A stretch of DNA of 64,000 bases from an uncultured Chlamydiae bacterium (GCA_963730605.1 CAVSSM010000001.1:640001-704000), one strand, 5' to 3'. Positions 45,883 through 55,281 are shown, counted from the first letter of the stretch. Notes: generated from the letters alone by a model not told the origin. Translations and numbers: made by a program.

Positions 45883-47205
45883 TTAAGAGCTTAACTCTGT
45901 TTTTTGACGAGGCTGGATCTTGATTTTCTTGATCGACCGCTCGTTCGAGGAGAGGACTTCGAGGTCGAACTCGTCATGGGAGAGGCGCCAGCCTTTGGAG
46001 GGAATCGTCCCAGCGCAGTGGTAGACGTAGCCCCCGATCGTCTCATATTCGGGATTGGGAGGGATCTTGAGGCCGAGGCGCTCCTCGATGTCGTGGATCG
46101 TCATCTTGGCGTCGACGATCCAGCCGCCGCCCGGCACTTCCCAAAATTCGTGTTCTTCTCCGACATCGTACTCGTCTTCGATCTCTCCGACAAGCTCTTC
46201 CAAAATGTCTTCGATCGTCACGATCCCTTCCGTCCCGCCGTATTCATCGACGATGATCGCCATGTGGATCTGCTTATTGCGGAACTCCTGGAGGAGCTGG
46301 GTGATCTTCTTATTTTCGGGGGCGTACAAGACAGGTTTGGCGATGGTCTGGAGCGGTTCTTTGAGATCCTGGTTGGGGTTGACGTAGCATTTAAGCAGGT
46401 CTTTATAGAGAACGACGCCCAAGATCTGATCGAGAGACTCGCGGTAGATGGGGATGCGGCTATACCCTTCCGCCGCAAAGAGCGGGGCCGCTTCCTGGAT
46501 CGTCGTATCGGCCGCGAGGGCATAGACATCGACGCGGGGGACCATGATCTCTTTCCCTACCCTTTCTTTGAAATTGATGAAGGAAGCGATCAGCCTTTGG
46601 TCAGTCGGGGCCAGGTGTTGTTGGAGATCCGATTCACTGATCATTTCGCGCAATTTCGCTTTGTCGGTGAGAAGGTCTTCTCCCTCAAGAGGGGCTTTCT
46701 TGAAGAGCGTCTGGTGTAATTGCAAAAGGAGCCCGACCAAAGGAAAAAGGAGTGTGAGGTAGATCGAGGCGAAGGGAGCTGCGAATTTCAACATGGGACG
46801 GATCCAAGCATTGGCCATCGTCCGGGCCAAGAAGTCCGCAAGTAGCGACACGGCGATGATGATTGCTCCGATCGCGAGCAGTGGGACCCAATCTCTTAAG
46901 CCAGAGATTTGGGAGATCATCGCCTTAAAATAGGAAATGCGTTCCACCAGAAAGAAAAAGGCGCACGTTGCATAAGCCAGTTGGAAGATGTGATTGGTCA
47001 ATGATATCGCAAAATAGAGATTCTCCCATTCGTTTTTTGGGAAAATCGATTTGAGGATCGAGCGGAAAAAGAAAAAGGGACGGCGCGGGGCGCGGAAGAT
47101 TTCCTTGGCCTTGAACTTGCCAAGGCGAATCAACGCAGAGGTGCAAATCGTCAAACATACAGTTCCAAACAAAAAAAACAGGGCAAGAATGAGGAGTTCG
47201 CTCAT
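45883..47205 (-). CDS. Hemolysin/CorC family protein (CNNM TM + CBS pair + CorC_HlyC)
   Basis: KEIMVPRVD, GYSRIPIY, MAIIVDEYGGTEGIVTIEDILEELVGEIEDEYD, YETIGG. Confidence 0.92.
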   Translation of the reverse strand: MSELLILALFFLFGTVCLTICTSALIRLGKFKAKEIFRAPRRPFFFFRSILKSIFPKNEWENLYFAISLTNHIFQLAYATCAFFFLVERISYFKAMISQISGLRDWVPLLAIGAIIIAVSLLADFLARTMANAWIRPMLKFAAPFASIYLTLLFPLVGLLLQLHQTLFKKAPLEGEDLLTDKAKLREMISESDLQQHLAPTDQRLIASFINFKERVGKEIMVPRVDVYALAADTTIQEAAPLFAAEGYSRIPIYRESLDQILGVVLYKDLLKCYVNPNQDLKEPLQTIAKPVLYAPENKKITQLLQEFRNKQIHMAIIVDEYGGTEGIVTIEDILEELVGEIEDEYDVGEEHEFWEVPGGGWIVDAKMTIHDIEERLGLKIPPNPEYETIGGYVYHCAGTIPSKGWRLSHDEFDLEVLSSNERSIKKIKIQPRQKTELSS

Positions 47206-47786
47206 GGAGTGATTTTTAATTTAAGCTGTTTGAGATGATCCATACACTTTTTCTCCATTTTGCGCATCGATCGTTTCGCATTGGGCTCAATATCATCGTA
47301 GCCAATCAGGTGGAGGATGCCATGGATGAGATAGAGAAGAGTCTCTTCATAGGGGCGGGCGGGATCGAAGCGTTGCGCCGCAAGAGGGCAGATAAAAATA
47401 TCCCCCAAATATACCGCGCGCGTCCAGTCTTGACAGGTTCTGACCGGCTGCGACTTTGCAGAATCGATCCTCGTCGTCGCCCTTCCCAATTCGGGAATGG
47501 TGCTCCTCCTGCGAATCAATTCTGCTTTGTCTCGCGCGGTCATAACATGCCAATCCTGACCGCGCGCAGTATGTACCGCGTCGACTGGAAAGGAGATGCA
47601 ATCGGTCAGGCTTGGGTCGTTAAAGAATTCAACATGTAGCTGGCAGATTTTTTTCTCAGAGACAAAATAAACAGAGATTTCTTCGCACTGAATGCGAAGA
47701 AATGAACACAACCCCCCTAATACTCTTCGAACGGAGCTTTTAGAAATGGGGAGAGCCTTTTGTCGATTGTATATATTGAAGTTCAC
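47202..47786 (-). CDS. ybeY: rRNA maturation endoribonuclease YbeY with a 54-aa element-derived insertion
   Basis: TDCISFP...LGDIFIC and HGILHLIGYDD motifs, separated by an extra 54 aa. Confidence 0.92.
   Translation of the reverse strand: MNFNIYNRQKALPISKSSVRRVLGGLCSFLRIQCEEISVYFVSEKKICQLHVEFFNDPSLTDCISFPVDAVHTARGQDWHVMTARDKAELIRRRSTIPELGRATTRIDSAKSQPVRTCQDWTRAVYLGDIFICPLAAQRFDPARPYEETLLYLIHGILHLIGYDDIEPNAKRSMRKMEKKCMDHLKQLKLKITP
47410..47573. mobile_element. 164-bp palindromic element (family B) inserted in frame in ybeY
   Basis: TATACCGCGCG / CGCGCAGTATG ends; 164 minus 2 = 162 bp = 54 codons; core shared with the lptD and mpg elements. Confidence 0.88.
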
Positions 47787-47941
47787 GCTACAGGGGTTTT
47801 AGGCAGCCCGGTCACTTTTGTATTTTGACCGTCAACCCATCTTCCGAGTTTGCGAAGCATGTCGACCCTCTCGAAGCGCTTGAGAACGTTCCGCTTTTTT
47901 CCGCCTTTATTGGTTTTGCCGTAGCTCGTGTGTCTGCTCAT
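47783..47941 (-). CDS. PVC-superphylum small basic protein (52 aa, absent from the ORF track)
   Basis: Hand translation MSRHTSYGKTNKGGKKRNVLKRFERVDMLRKLGRWVDGQNTKVTGLPKTPVA; GTGA overlap with ybeY. Confidence 0.88.
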   Translation of the reverse strand: MSRHTSYGKTNKGGKKRNVLKRFERVDMLRKLGRWVDGQNTKVTGLPKTPVA

Positions 47942-47947
47942 AGTTTT

Positions 47948-48121
47948 TTATCCAATTTTTGGGATGAAACGGTTAGGGGTGGAGGCGCCATTCACGGCGT
48001 TTTCATGGGGTTTATAGCCCAATTCCAGCGCATCTCTCTTCGACCCGGTCTTTGGGGAAGGGGGACGAGGCCGGCGAGGCGAAACATGTCTGTCTTTGCC
48101 TTGTTTGCTCATTCGTGTCAT
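47948..48121 (-). CDS. Small basic chlamydial protein (57 aa, absent from the ORF track)
   Basis: Hand translation MTRMSKQGKDRHVSPRRPRPPSPK...YKPHENAVNGASTPNRFIPKIG; GGA-type RBS; resembles the small ORF I recall at this position in Chlamydia. Confidence 0.7.
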   Translation of the reverse strand: MTRMSKQGKDRHVSPRRPRPPSPKTGSKRDALELGYKPHENAVNGASTPNRFIPKIG

Positions 48122-48204
48122 AGGAATCTCCAGTACAGGGCATTATTATGGACAATTTGGCAAATCCTTGCCAGTAACTTCCTAAGATCCTGGATACAAG
48201 TATC

Positions 48205-48639
48205 TTAAGATCTTGATTCGAGAGACATCTTGGCTTGTTTATAGGCGTTGAAGCGTAAACCGGAAAGACTTTTTTTATTCGGCGCAGTGAGGTCTTCGAA
48301 CTCATAGATGATTTTAAATCCGGAAAGAAGAAGCGGGGTGGGGCAGAGGTTAAAGGCGAAGTGGGCCTGGTTGACGTTTGATTTGGTCTGAGTAATGGCA
48401 ATCCGCTCCTGGGTCGGATCAGAGCCGGCGCTGTGGGGCAAAAAGCTCGTTTCGGGGAATTTCCAAAGAAGCTCGTCTACAAAATGCAAGGCTTTATCAT
48501 CGTCGACAAAGAATAGGATGGACTCTTTTTTGCCAAAGTGGGCGCGCGCGGTTTCGGCGATCCTTTTGAATTTAGCGGCAATCTCCGCGACCTGGAAAAA
48601 GACGACGCGGGTTAGGGATAAATCTTCATGAAAGGTCAT
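48205..48639 (-). CDS. holC: DNA polymerase III subunit chi
   Basis: VDELLWKFPETSFLPH motif; C-terminal RF.AYK. Confidence 0.8.
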   Translation of the reverse strand: MTFHEDLSLTRVVFFQVAEIAAKFKRIAETARAHFGKKESILFFVDDDKALHFVDELLWKFPETSFLPHSAGSDPTQERIAITQTKSNVNQAHFAFNLCPTPLLLSGFKIIYEFEDLTAPNKKSLSGLRFNAYKQAKMSLESRS

Positions 48640-49270
48640 CTTTGCCCTCCGAAGGGGTCTTTAGCGAATGGATGAGGCCGCAGGAGACGAGGTATTTTAC
48701 GGCCTCCTCATTGGTCATGTCGATCTTATACACGTCTTCTTCGGGAAGAAGGAAAAGAAAACCGGTGATCGGATGGGGGGCCGTTGGAGCGAACACCGAG
48801 ACAAGGGGCGCTTTCACTGTATTCTTGATCTCTTCGGCCACTTCGCCGGCTTGGAAGCCGATGGAATAGGTCGGCCGATGGGGGAATGGGAACATCACAG
48901 GTTGTTTGAAGGCTTTTTTCCCATCCAAGGAAAAGAGGGCGGCGATCACATCGCGGCTTATTTTATAAACGGTCTTGATCAAAGGGATCCGCGATAAAAT
49001 GGTACTGGTTCCAGAAATGATGTTTTTGATGATGAACCACCTGGCGACGACTCCCAGAAGAAAAATGAAAATCACAAGAAGGATGAGAGCCAGGATGCGG
49101 GAAATGAAAACGATCAACCCCTGGGGAAGATGGACCTTTGCCAAGATATGCGCTTCGATGAGATTCACGAAGGGAGAAGTAAAAAGCTCGACAAGGAAGA
49201 AGATCACCATGATCGTAAGAACAAGAGGGAGCAGGAGAGCAAGACCCGTAATGAGGTATTTTTTGATCAT
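48626..49270 (-). CDS. DUF502 membrane protein (paralog 2)
   Basis: KKYLITGL..LLPL.LT, RIPLIKTVY, VFAPTAPHPITGF, EEAVKY.VSCG. Confidence 0.88.
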   Translation of the reverse strand: MIKKYLITGLALLLPLVLTIMVIFFLVELFTSPFVNLIEAHILAKVHLPQGLIVFISRILALILLVIFIFLLGVVARWFIIKNIISGTSTILSRIPLIKTVYKISRDVIAALFSLDGKKAFKQPVMFPFPHRPTYSIGFQAGEVAEEIKNTVKAPLVSVFAPTAPHPITGFLFLLPEEDVYKIDMTNEEAVKYLVSCGLIHSLKTPSEGKDDLS

Positions 49271-49887
49271 GAGTTACCCCCTTCTGTTTCAGGTTGGATC
49301 ACAGCGCAGGAGACGACGTATTTGATCGCGTCCTCCGTTTTCATCTTGAGGTAAATCAGGTCCGATTTGCTGCACATGACGAGATACCCTGTCGTTGGAT
49401 TGGGAGTCGTGGGGAGAAAGACCGAGACCATCTCGGTGTCGATGGAGTGGGAGCAGGTTCCGGGAGCATCGCTTGCAATCAGGCCGATGCAATAGGCGCC
49501 CGTATAAGGGAAATGAAGCAGAACCACTTGCTTGAAGGATTGTTTTTGGGGGTTGAATAACGCCAAGACAATATCTTTGGAGGTTCTATAGACTTTGTTC
49601 ACAAGGGGGATCTTATACAAAATCTGATCGCCGAACTCGATCAGCCGGTTGAAAAAATAACGTCTAGCGACGAATCCGAGAAACAAAGTAAAGAGGAATA
49701 AGACGATCAGGATGCAGATCTCGCTGATCACATGGGCTGGCCCCGGGGGCACGTGCAAGGAACTGAAGAAAGAGACGGCGACCCCTGCGAAGGGCTTTGT
49801 TAAAAATTTGACGACTGCGGCAATGACCCAAAATGTTACGGCCAGCGGCAGCAGTGTAACGAGCCCCGCAAAGAAATACTTCTTCAT
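49267..49887 (-). CDS. DUF502 membrane protein (paralog 1)
   Basis: KKYFFAGL..LLPL.VT, KIPLVNKVY, VFLPTTPNPTTGY. Confidence 0.88.
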   Translation of the reverse strand: MKKYFFAGLVTLLPLAVTFWVIAAVVKFLTKPFAGVAVSFFSSLHVPPGPAHVISEICILIVLFLFTLFLGFVARRYFFNRLIEFGDQILYKIPLVNKVYRTSKDIVLALFNPQKQSFKQVVLLHFPYTGAYCIGLIASDAPGTCSHSIDTEMVSVFLPTTPNPTTGYLVMCSKSDLIYLKMKTEDAIKYVVSCAVIQPETEGGNS

Positions 49888-49911
49888 CTCTTCATGATGG
49901 CGGCAGGGTTG

Positions 49912-50661
49912 TTATTTGGCAACCTTCGCGACGAACCGATAGGGAAGATCCACGCATTCTTCCGCGTAATCGATCCCGATGCGTGGAGTGGTTTGGAACT
50001 CTTTGATCTTGATTCCAGGCGCGATCCAAACCGCTTCCGATTCCGAATCGAGCGGGATCCCTGTGAGCCGAACGGTAATGCCGAGGGCAGCCGTCAAGGC
50101 TCCAGGGCCGCCTGTAAGCGTTGGGTCAAGCCGGGTTTTCTTTCGCCTTTGCATCATGATCTCGATGCCGTGGGTCGGCTGTATCGTCCGGACGAGGATC
50201 CCATGAGGGACGCCGGCATCTCCGGTGACGACGTTGAAAAGGGCGTGGATTCCATAGCAAAGATAGACGTAGGCGACGCCGCCTTGCCGGTACAGCACTT
50301 CCGTTCTAGGCGTCCTCCGCCCTCCATAGGCATGGCTCGCTTTGTCTTCCACTCCTGCGTAGCTTTCGGTCTCGGTGATGATCCCGCCGGTCAGATGTCC
50401 GTCGATGCGGGTAAAGAGACTGCAGCCAAGCAGGTTCTTCGCCGCTTCAACGACATCGGGATTCCGAAAGACAAGACGCTCTAACCCCGCCCTCCAAATA
50501 GATGACAAATGGCTTGCTGCGGCTTTGTCATATCGATCCTCTTCGCTCGCCTTGGCTTTAAGCAATGGCCTTCGCTCATACGGAACGCTTCGCTTCGATC
50601 TGACTTTCACACCCCTTCCGACGATGCGTCGGTGGGGACCCCGTGCGCCTTGCTGAGCCAT
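49912..50661 (-). CDS. mpg: 3-methyladenine DNA glycosylase (MPG/AAG family); first ~60 aa encoded by an inserted element
   Basis: ITETESY, YVYLCYGIH, GPGALT.ALGI, TPRIGI. Confidence 0.9.
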   Translation of the reverse strand: MAQQGARGPHRRIVGRGVKVRSKRSVPYERRPLLKAKASEEDRYDKAAASHLSSIWRAGLERLVFRNPDVVEAAKNLLGCSLFTRIDGHLTGGIITETESYAGVEDKASHAYGGRRTPRTEVLYRQGGVAYVYLCYGIHALFNVVTGDAGVPHGILVRTIQPTHGIEIMMQRRKKTRLDPTLTGGPGALTAALGITVRLTGIPLDSESEAVWIAPGIKIKEFQTTPRIGIDYAEECVDLPYRFVAKVAK

Positions 50662-50691
50662 TTGTTGCCACCTCTTTGAATGCCGGGGTTA
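50482..50691. mobile_element. 210-bp TA-bounded palindromic element (family B) at the rnr-mpg junction
   Basis: TAACCCCG / CGGGGTTA ends, CAAATGGCT / AGCCATTTG arms, GCTGCGGCTTTGTCATATCGATCCTC core; nested hairpin repeat at 50610-50642. Confidence 0.85.
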
Positions 50692-52833
50692 GTAACCGCG
50701 ATCTTTCTTTTGGGCTGGGCGGGTGGGGGGAGGGGGGATAATGGACCATTCTGTTTGTTGGAGGGTATAGTCGATGCGATCCAAACGGACGAATATGGTT
50801 TGGCCGACCGCGTAGCTTCTTCCGGACCTCGAGCCGCGGAGCGTCATCGCTTGAGGATTGAATTCGAAATAGTCGTTGCCGATTTGAGAGATGTGCAAGG
50901 AGGCTTCGAGATCGAAAAAGGAAACTTCGAAAAAGAGGGCAAACGGTTTGATGCGGGTGACTGTTGCCTGATAGGGGCGCGTCAAGTCTTCGGCGAAATA
51001 AGTTCCGGCAAGCCGGAGTTTTTTCAAAAGCTTGACCGAGCTTTCGGCCCTAAAGGAGACTCTCTCCTTTTCTGAGCATTTTAAGGCGATGGCGTCCAAA
51101 TCGGCATCGTCTGGCAGTTCATCGCAAAGAAGCCGCTGGATGATCAGGTCGGTGTAGCGCCGGATGGGGCTCGTGAAATGGCAGTAATGCTCGAGCGCCA
51201 AACCGTAATGGCCGATATTTTCTGGCGAATAGGCGGCAAGCCTCATGCTCCGGATGAAGCTGATCGAGAGTTGGGAGAGCAGGGGTGAGTCCTTCGCATC
51301 TTGGAAGAGTTTTTGGATGTCGCGGTGAGTGGGATCGGCAGGAAGCTTAAACCCTAGAGTTCTCGCAAATGCGTAAAAGTCTTTAAACGATTCGGCAGAC
51401 GGCTCTTCATGGACCCGGTAGATAAGAGTTTTGCCTTGGCGCTGGAGATGGGATGCCGCAATCTCATTGGCCTTGAGCATGAACTCTTCAATCATCTGAT
51501 GGGTGATATCGTATTCGATCCTCTCGATCCGAAGAGGGATGCCATCTTTGTCGACAATTAGGACGTTATCAGGCATGGAAAAATCGATGCTGCCGCGCTC
51601 GAACCTTTTCCGCTTCAAAATATGGCAGAGCTCCACCATCAGCTCCAGCAGGCTGGAATGGGGCGATTTTTCCTTTTTCTCGAGGACGGCCATGGCTTCT
51701 TTGTAAGTGAAACGCTTGCGGCTTTTGATCACGGTGCGTCGGATCTCATAGCGGATCATATTGCCGTCCCCATCGAACTCGGCGAGAACCGATTGGGCGA
51801 GCCTCTTCACATTGGCTTTCAGGCTGCAGAGCTCGTTGGAGAGCTCTTCGGGCAGCATCGGGACGCACTGACCGGGAAAATAGGTCGAATTGCATCTCTC
51901 AAAGCTTTCCGTATCGAGGTGGCTTCCCGGAAGAACGTAGTGGGCGACATCGGCGATATGGACGCCGAGATGATAATGTCCCTCGCTATCTCGGGTAAGC
52001 GATATGGCGTCGTCGTAATCGCGGGCTGTATCGGGATCGATCGTAACGCATTCGAATCCGGTCAGATCGAGCCGGTTTTTACACTCTTTGACCGAAACCT
52101 TGGCCCCGTAGGCTCTTGCCTCCTCGATCGCTTCCACGGAAAAGCCGTCCGGCAGATCGAACTCGGCAATGGCCGCTTCGGTGTCGATCGAAGGATCGGA
52201 GATGTTGCCGATCATGCGGGTCAGCGTTGCCTCCACAAGGTCCGATTCACCGCCCCAAGAAACGATCTTACAAATGACCCGGTCTCCCTCTTCCAACGTT
52301 ATCCCTTTGCTGGCCTTAAGCAAAATAAGTTTATCTGATCCCAATAAAGGAGAAAACGCCTTGTAGCCCCGCCCCGATTTGCCTACGACCGTTCCCGCCA
52401 AAGAGGTGCGGCTCCTTTTCAAGATGGCGATGACGGTCCCTTCGGGCCCTTTTACGGTGACAATGGGTTCGATTTCGATTTCGACCTCGTCCCCGTCGAC
52501 CGCATCGTTCAACCTCTGTTTCGGGATAAAGACATCGGGACCCGCGGCGTTCTTGACGAAGCCGAACCCTTTCGGATGGACGCTGATCGTCCCGGTCACC
52601 AAGGCCGCTCCGTTCGGCGCCGTATATTTATTGTTTTGGAGCACGAGGGCTTTGTCCTCGATCAATTGTCCCAAAACGACCTTCAATCGGTCTCGATGGA
52701 TGGGAGCGACTGCAAGCTGTTCGACGAGTTCTTCGTAAGTGGCCGGTTTGTAGCGTCTTCCTTGGATGAACTGGAGGATGGTCTTTGCGAGGTTTTGGGA
52801 GAGCTTCTCCCCCTTCTTTCTTCTGGATTTCAT
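50689..52833 (-). CDS. rnr: Ribonuclease R
   Basis: Cold-shock domains (HPKGFGFV), TIDPDTARDYDDA, HFTSPIRRYTDL, C-terminal S1 domain. Confidence 0.95.
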   Translation of the reverse strand: MKSRRKKGEKLSQNLAKTILQFIQGRRYKPATYEELVEQLAVAPIHRDRLKVVLGQLIEDKALVLQNNKYTAPNGAALVTGTISVHPKGFGFVKNAAGPDVFIPKQRLNDAVDGDEVEIEIEPIVTVKGPEGTVIAILKRSRTSLAGTVVGKSGRGYKAFSPLLGSDKLILLKASKGITLEEGDRVICKIVSWGGESDLVEATLTRMIGNISDPSIDTEAAIAEFDLPDGFSVEAIEEARAYGAKVSVKECKNRLDLTGFECVTIDPDTARDYDDAISLTRDSEGHYHLGVHIADVAHYVLPGSHLDTESFERCNSTYFPGQCVPMLPEELSNELCSLKANVKRLAQSVLAEFDGDGNMIRYEIRRTVIKSRKRFTYKEAMAVLEKKEKSPHSSLLELMVELCHILKRKRFERGSIDFSMPDNVLIVDKDGIPLRIERIEYDITHQMIEEFMLKANEIAASHLQRQGKTLIYRVHEEPSAESFKDFYAFARTLGFKLPADPTHRDIQKLFQDAKDSPLLSQLSISFIRSMRLAAYSPENIGHYGLALEHYCHFTSPIRRYTDLIIQRLLCDELPDDADLDAIALKCSEKERVSFRAESSVKLLKKLRLAGTYFAEDLTRPYQATVTRIKPFALFFEVSFFDLEASLHISQIGNDYFEFNPQAMTLRGSRSGRSYAVGQTIFVRLDRIDYTLQQTEWSIIPPPPTRPAQKKDRGY

Positions 52834-52836
52834 TAT

Positions 52837-52999
52837 TAACCCGCTGTGCAAATATGAGACATTTCTTCAGGACGTAGATTGTCCATCTCTGCGTTGCCCT
52901 GCTTCGACAACCCACTTCGGGGTTGCCTGCATCGGGCGCCTTGATCTGAACAATCTCCGTTTACCTGCATAAATTGTCTCCTATTTGCGTAGCGGGTTA
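52837..52999. mobile_element. 163-bp TA-bounded MITE directly upstream of rnr
   Basis: TAACCCGCTGTGCAAATATGAGACA ... TGTCTCCTATTTGCGTAGCGGGTTA (22/25 match). Confidence 0.88.
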
Positions 53000-53162
53000 T
53001 ACGGCACCCGGTCAGCTTTGGTGAATTTTGGTGAGCATCTTTTGCGCCCCAGCGCATTGCTCGCACTCGCAAACTTTTTAAGTTTCCTTCGTGTCTCCGC
53101 AACGCTACTGGGACTCAAAATCTGCTGCCAAAATTCACCAAATCTAAATCGCGCACCGTATA
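52998..53162. mobile_element. 165-bp palindromic MITE, family A, diverged copy 3
   Basis: TATACGG / CCGTATA ends; shares CGCCCCAGCGCATTGCTCG and CTCCGCAACGCTACTGG with copy 1; shares its left TA with the previous element. Confidence 0.85.
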
Positions 53163-53279
53163 GTAGCATCGATCATAGGGAAAGGAGGGAATCTGAGCAA
53201 GGGAAGAAATTCCACGACAAATTCCCTGAGTCTCATGAGTAATTGAAATTTAAATTATGCCACTTTGTTGGCAAACACA

Positions 53280-54134
53280 TCACAATTCCCCATGTCTTTT
53301 TTTTTCTATGTATACAGACGACTCATCTTTCAGTCGATTGACAGCATCTTGCGCAACCTCGTTGGCAGGATCTCTGCTGAGCACAAATTCATAGTCGGCT
53401 AAAGCTTCTGTTTCTTGTCCTAGAGACACTAGAATTTTGGCTCTTTCTAACCTGTACGGAATGGATTCCTCAATTGCTTTGGTGATCTCCTCGATATCGA
53501 AAAACTTCTGGGGGGTTCGCACCTTTTGATATTCCTCAATTATCACATTCTTTCGAATTGATTTCAGTCGATTGACAGCATCTTGCGCAACCTCGTTGGC
53601 AGGATGTCTGCTGAGCACAAATTCATAGTCGGCTAAAGCTTCTGTTTCTTTTCCTCGAGCCAACAGAATTTTGGCTCTGTCTAACCTGTAGTGAATGGCC
53701 TCTGGAAATTCCTCAAGTGCTTTGTTGAGCTTCTTGATATCGTTGAGCTTCTGGGGGACGGTGGTCCTTGTGATAATTCTTGTGTCTCTTTTGCGTAGAT
53801 CTATTTTGCTGAGCCCCTCGATATCATCGTGGAATGGCGGGGGACATGCACGAAGAGCGTTAACTTCTTGATTATCAGGAGAGTTTAAGTTTTCTTCGGT
53901 TTCCACAAGTGATTGAGCTTGAATGGCGGATTCATTTTCATGCAATTTCCCTGGAGTTGGAGGAGGTCTGAGTCCCCGCAGACAGCTGCTCACGAAACCG
54001 GGCATCCACGCGAGCGCTTGGCCCATTACAGTAAGCCCTATAATAGATATGGGATCGGAGACTCTAAAATATTTAGTAGCCAGTCCTGTGATCCCTATTC
54101 CGACTCCAATTTTTGCTGCTGTATTAAAGGTCAT
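53280..54134 (-). CDS. Membrane-anchored protein with two TPR-like modules
   Basis: Hydrophobic N-terminus; 2x YRL.RAKIL...G.ETEALADYEFVLSR.PANEVAQDAVNRLK. Confidence 0.75.
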   Translation of the reverse strand: MTFNTAAKIGVGIGITGLATKYFRVSDPISIIGLTVMGQALAWMPGFVSSCLRGLRPPPTPGKLHENESAIQAQSLVETEENLNSPDNQEVNALRACPPPFHDDIEGLSKIDLRKRDTRIITRTTVPQKLNDIKKLNKALEEFPEAIHYRLDRAKILLARGKETEALADYEFVLSRHPANEVAQDAVNRLKSIRKNVIIEEYQKVRTPQKFFDIEEITKAIEESIPYRLERAKILVSLGQETEALADYEFVLSRDPANEVAQDAVNRLKDESSVYIEKKRHGEL

Positions 54135-55281
54135 AACATCCTAATCCTGTTTGCGTGAATTGATTTCAGTCGCTTGACAGCATCTTGCGCAACCTGGTTG
54201 GCAGGATAGCTGCTGAGCACAAATTCATAGTCGGCTAAAGCTTCTGTTTCTTTTTTTTGAGACAACAGAATTTCGGCTCTTTCTAACCTGTAGTGAGTGG
54301 CCCCTGGAAATTTCTCAAGTGCTTTGTTAAGCTTCTCGATATCGTAAAGCTTCGGGGGTGGAGGTGGAAGCTTCAGTATCTCGATATCATAAAACTTCGG
54401 CGGTGAAGGTCTGAGGGAGGCAGTACCTGCATCAAGACGGGTAAGACTGCCAGATGTAAAATATTTAGAAAAATCATGATTAACTCCGTAGATGAAAACT
54501 ACTGTTCGTCCCTTGTTTTCTGGTTTGTCCATAAACGCTTGAATCTCATGCATCAAAGCAATCTCTCGGCGATCAATTATTAGAGGCGATAGAATAGAGC
54601 TGTGAGGGTCTATGTTGCCTTTTGCAAATTCTTCCATTACCCGAATGTGAATTTCATGGTTAGTTTCTGGATCGATCGACCGGTGTAATGATTTGATTTT
54701 TCCAAGAAAATGTAGTGTCTGAGCGGCGCCAAACTCAGTAAGAAATTCTTTTTGATCTTGATCCCAAGATCCCTCTTTTTCGGAATTCCCAAAGGGAAGA
54801 ATATTTTAGCGATCTCTGCAAAAGGCCCATTGTAATCTTCGCTATTTTCTGTCAAAGATTCTGCAAAAATCGCGGCATCAGGATACAGCATGAGTTGCTC
54901 TGCGATGCGGGCTTGTGAATTCCAGTGTCTTTCAAAGGTAATTGGATCGTTTTTTAAAGGATGTCGATGGAATTGAGGAATATGTATGAAATTACCTTCA
55001 ATAAGTTTGTGGTTGTTAATATATGCAGAAAAACATTCGCTCATTGAATTCGCGATGTTTGTTAGATCTTGAAAATGCAGTGGGTTTCCAGGATCGACAG
55101 AAATTGGATGCACTTTCTGATTAAGACTCTCAGTCGGGACAGAAACAACAGGTGTCCAGATTTTTTCGGAGAGAGAAGATGGAATATTCGAAGACAGTGG
55201 ATTGGAAAACTGAAGGTAATCGGGTAATGGACAAACATGGATATTTGGAAAATCTGCTTTTAAACAAGCGGTACCGCTCAT
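54131..55281 (-). CDS. Hypothetical protein with a C-terminal TPR-like module, split by one frameshift near 54778
   Basis: The frame of the 54131-54637 ORF stays open upstream (KEGSWDQDQKEFLTEFGAAQ...) to a T5 run at 54776-54780, where it can join the 55281 ORF. Confidence 0.65.

Noticed and set aside
45904..46719. Long antisense ORFs (also 51622-52338, 61143-61928, 39505-40122)
   Set aside because: They lie fully opposite well-supported genes and have no motifs; expected from codon bias at this GC content.
47410..47573. Intein or self-splicing intron as the explanation for the in-frame inserts
   Set aside because: No Cys/Ser...His-Asn splice motifs, too short for group I or II introns, and the DNA ends match intergenic MITEs.
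48045..48062. Partial match (GTCTTTGGGG) to the 30-bp hairpin repeat
   Set aside because: Only one arm is present; probably chance.
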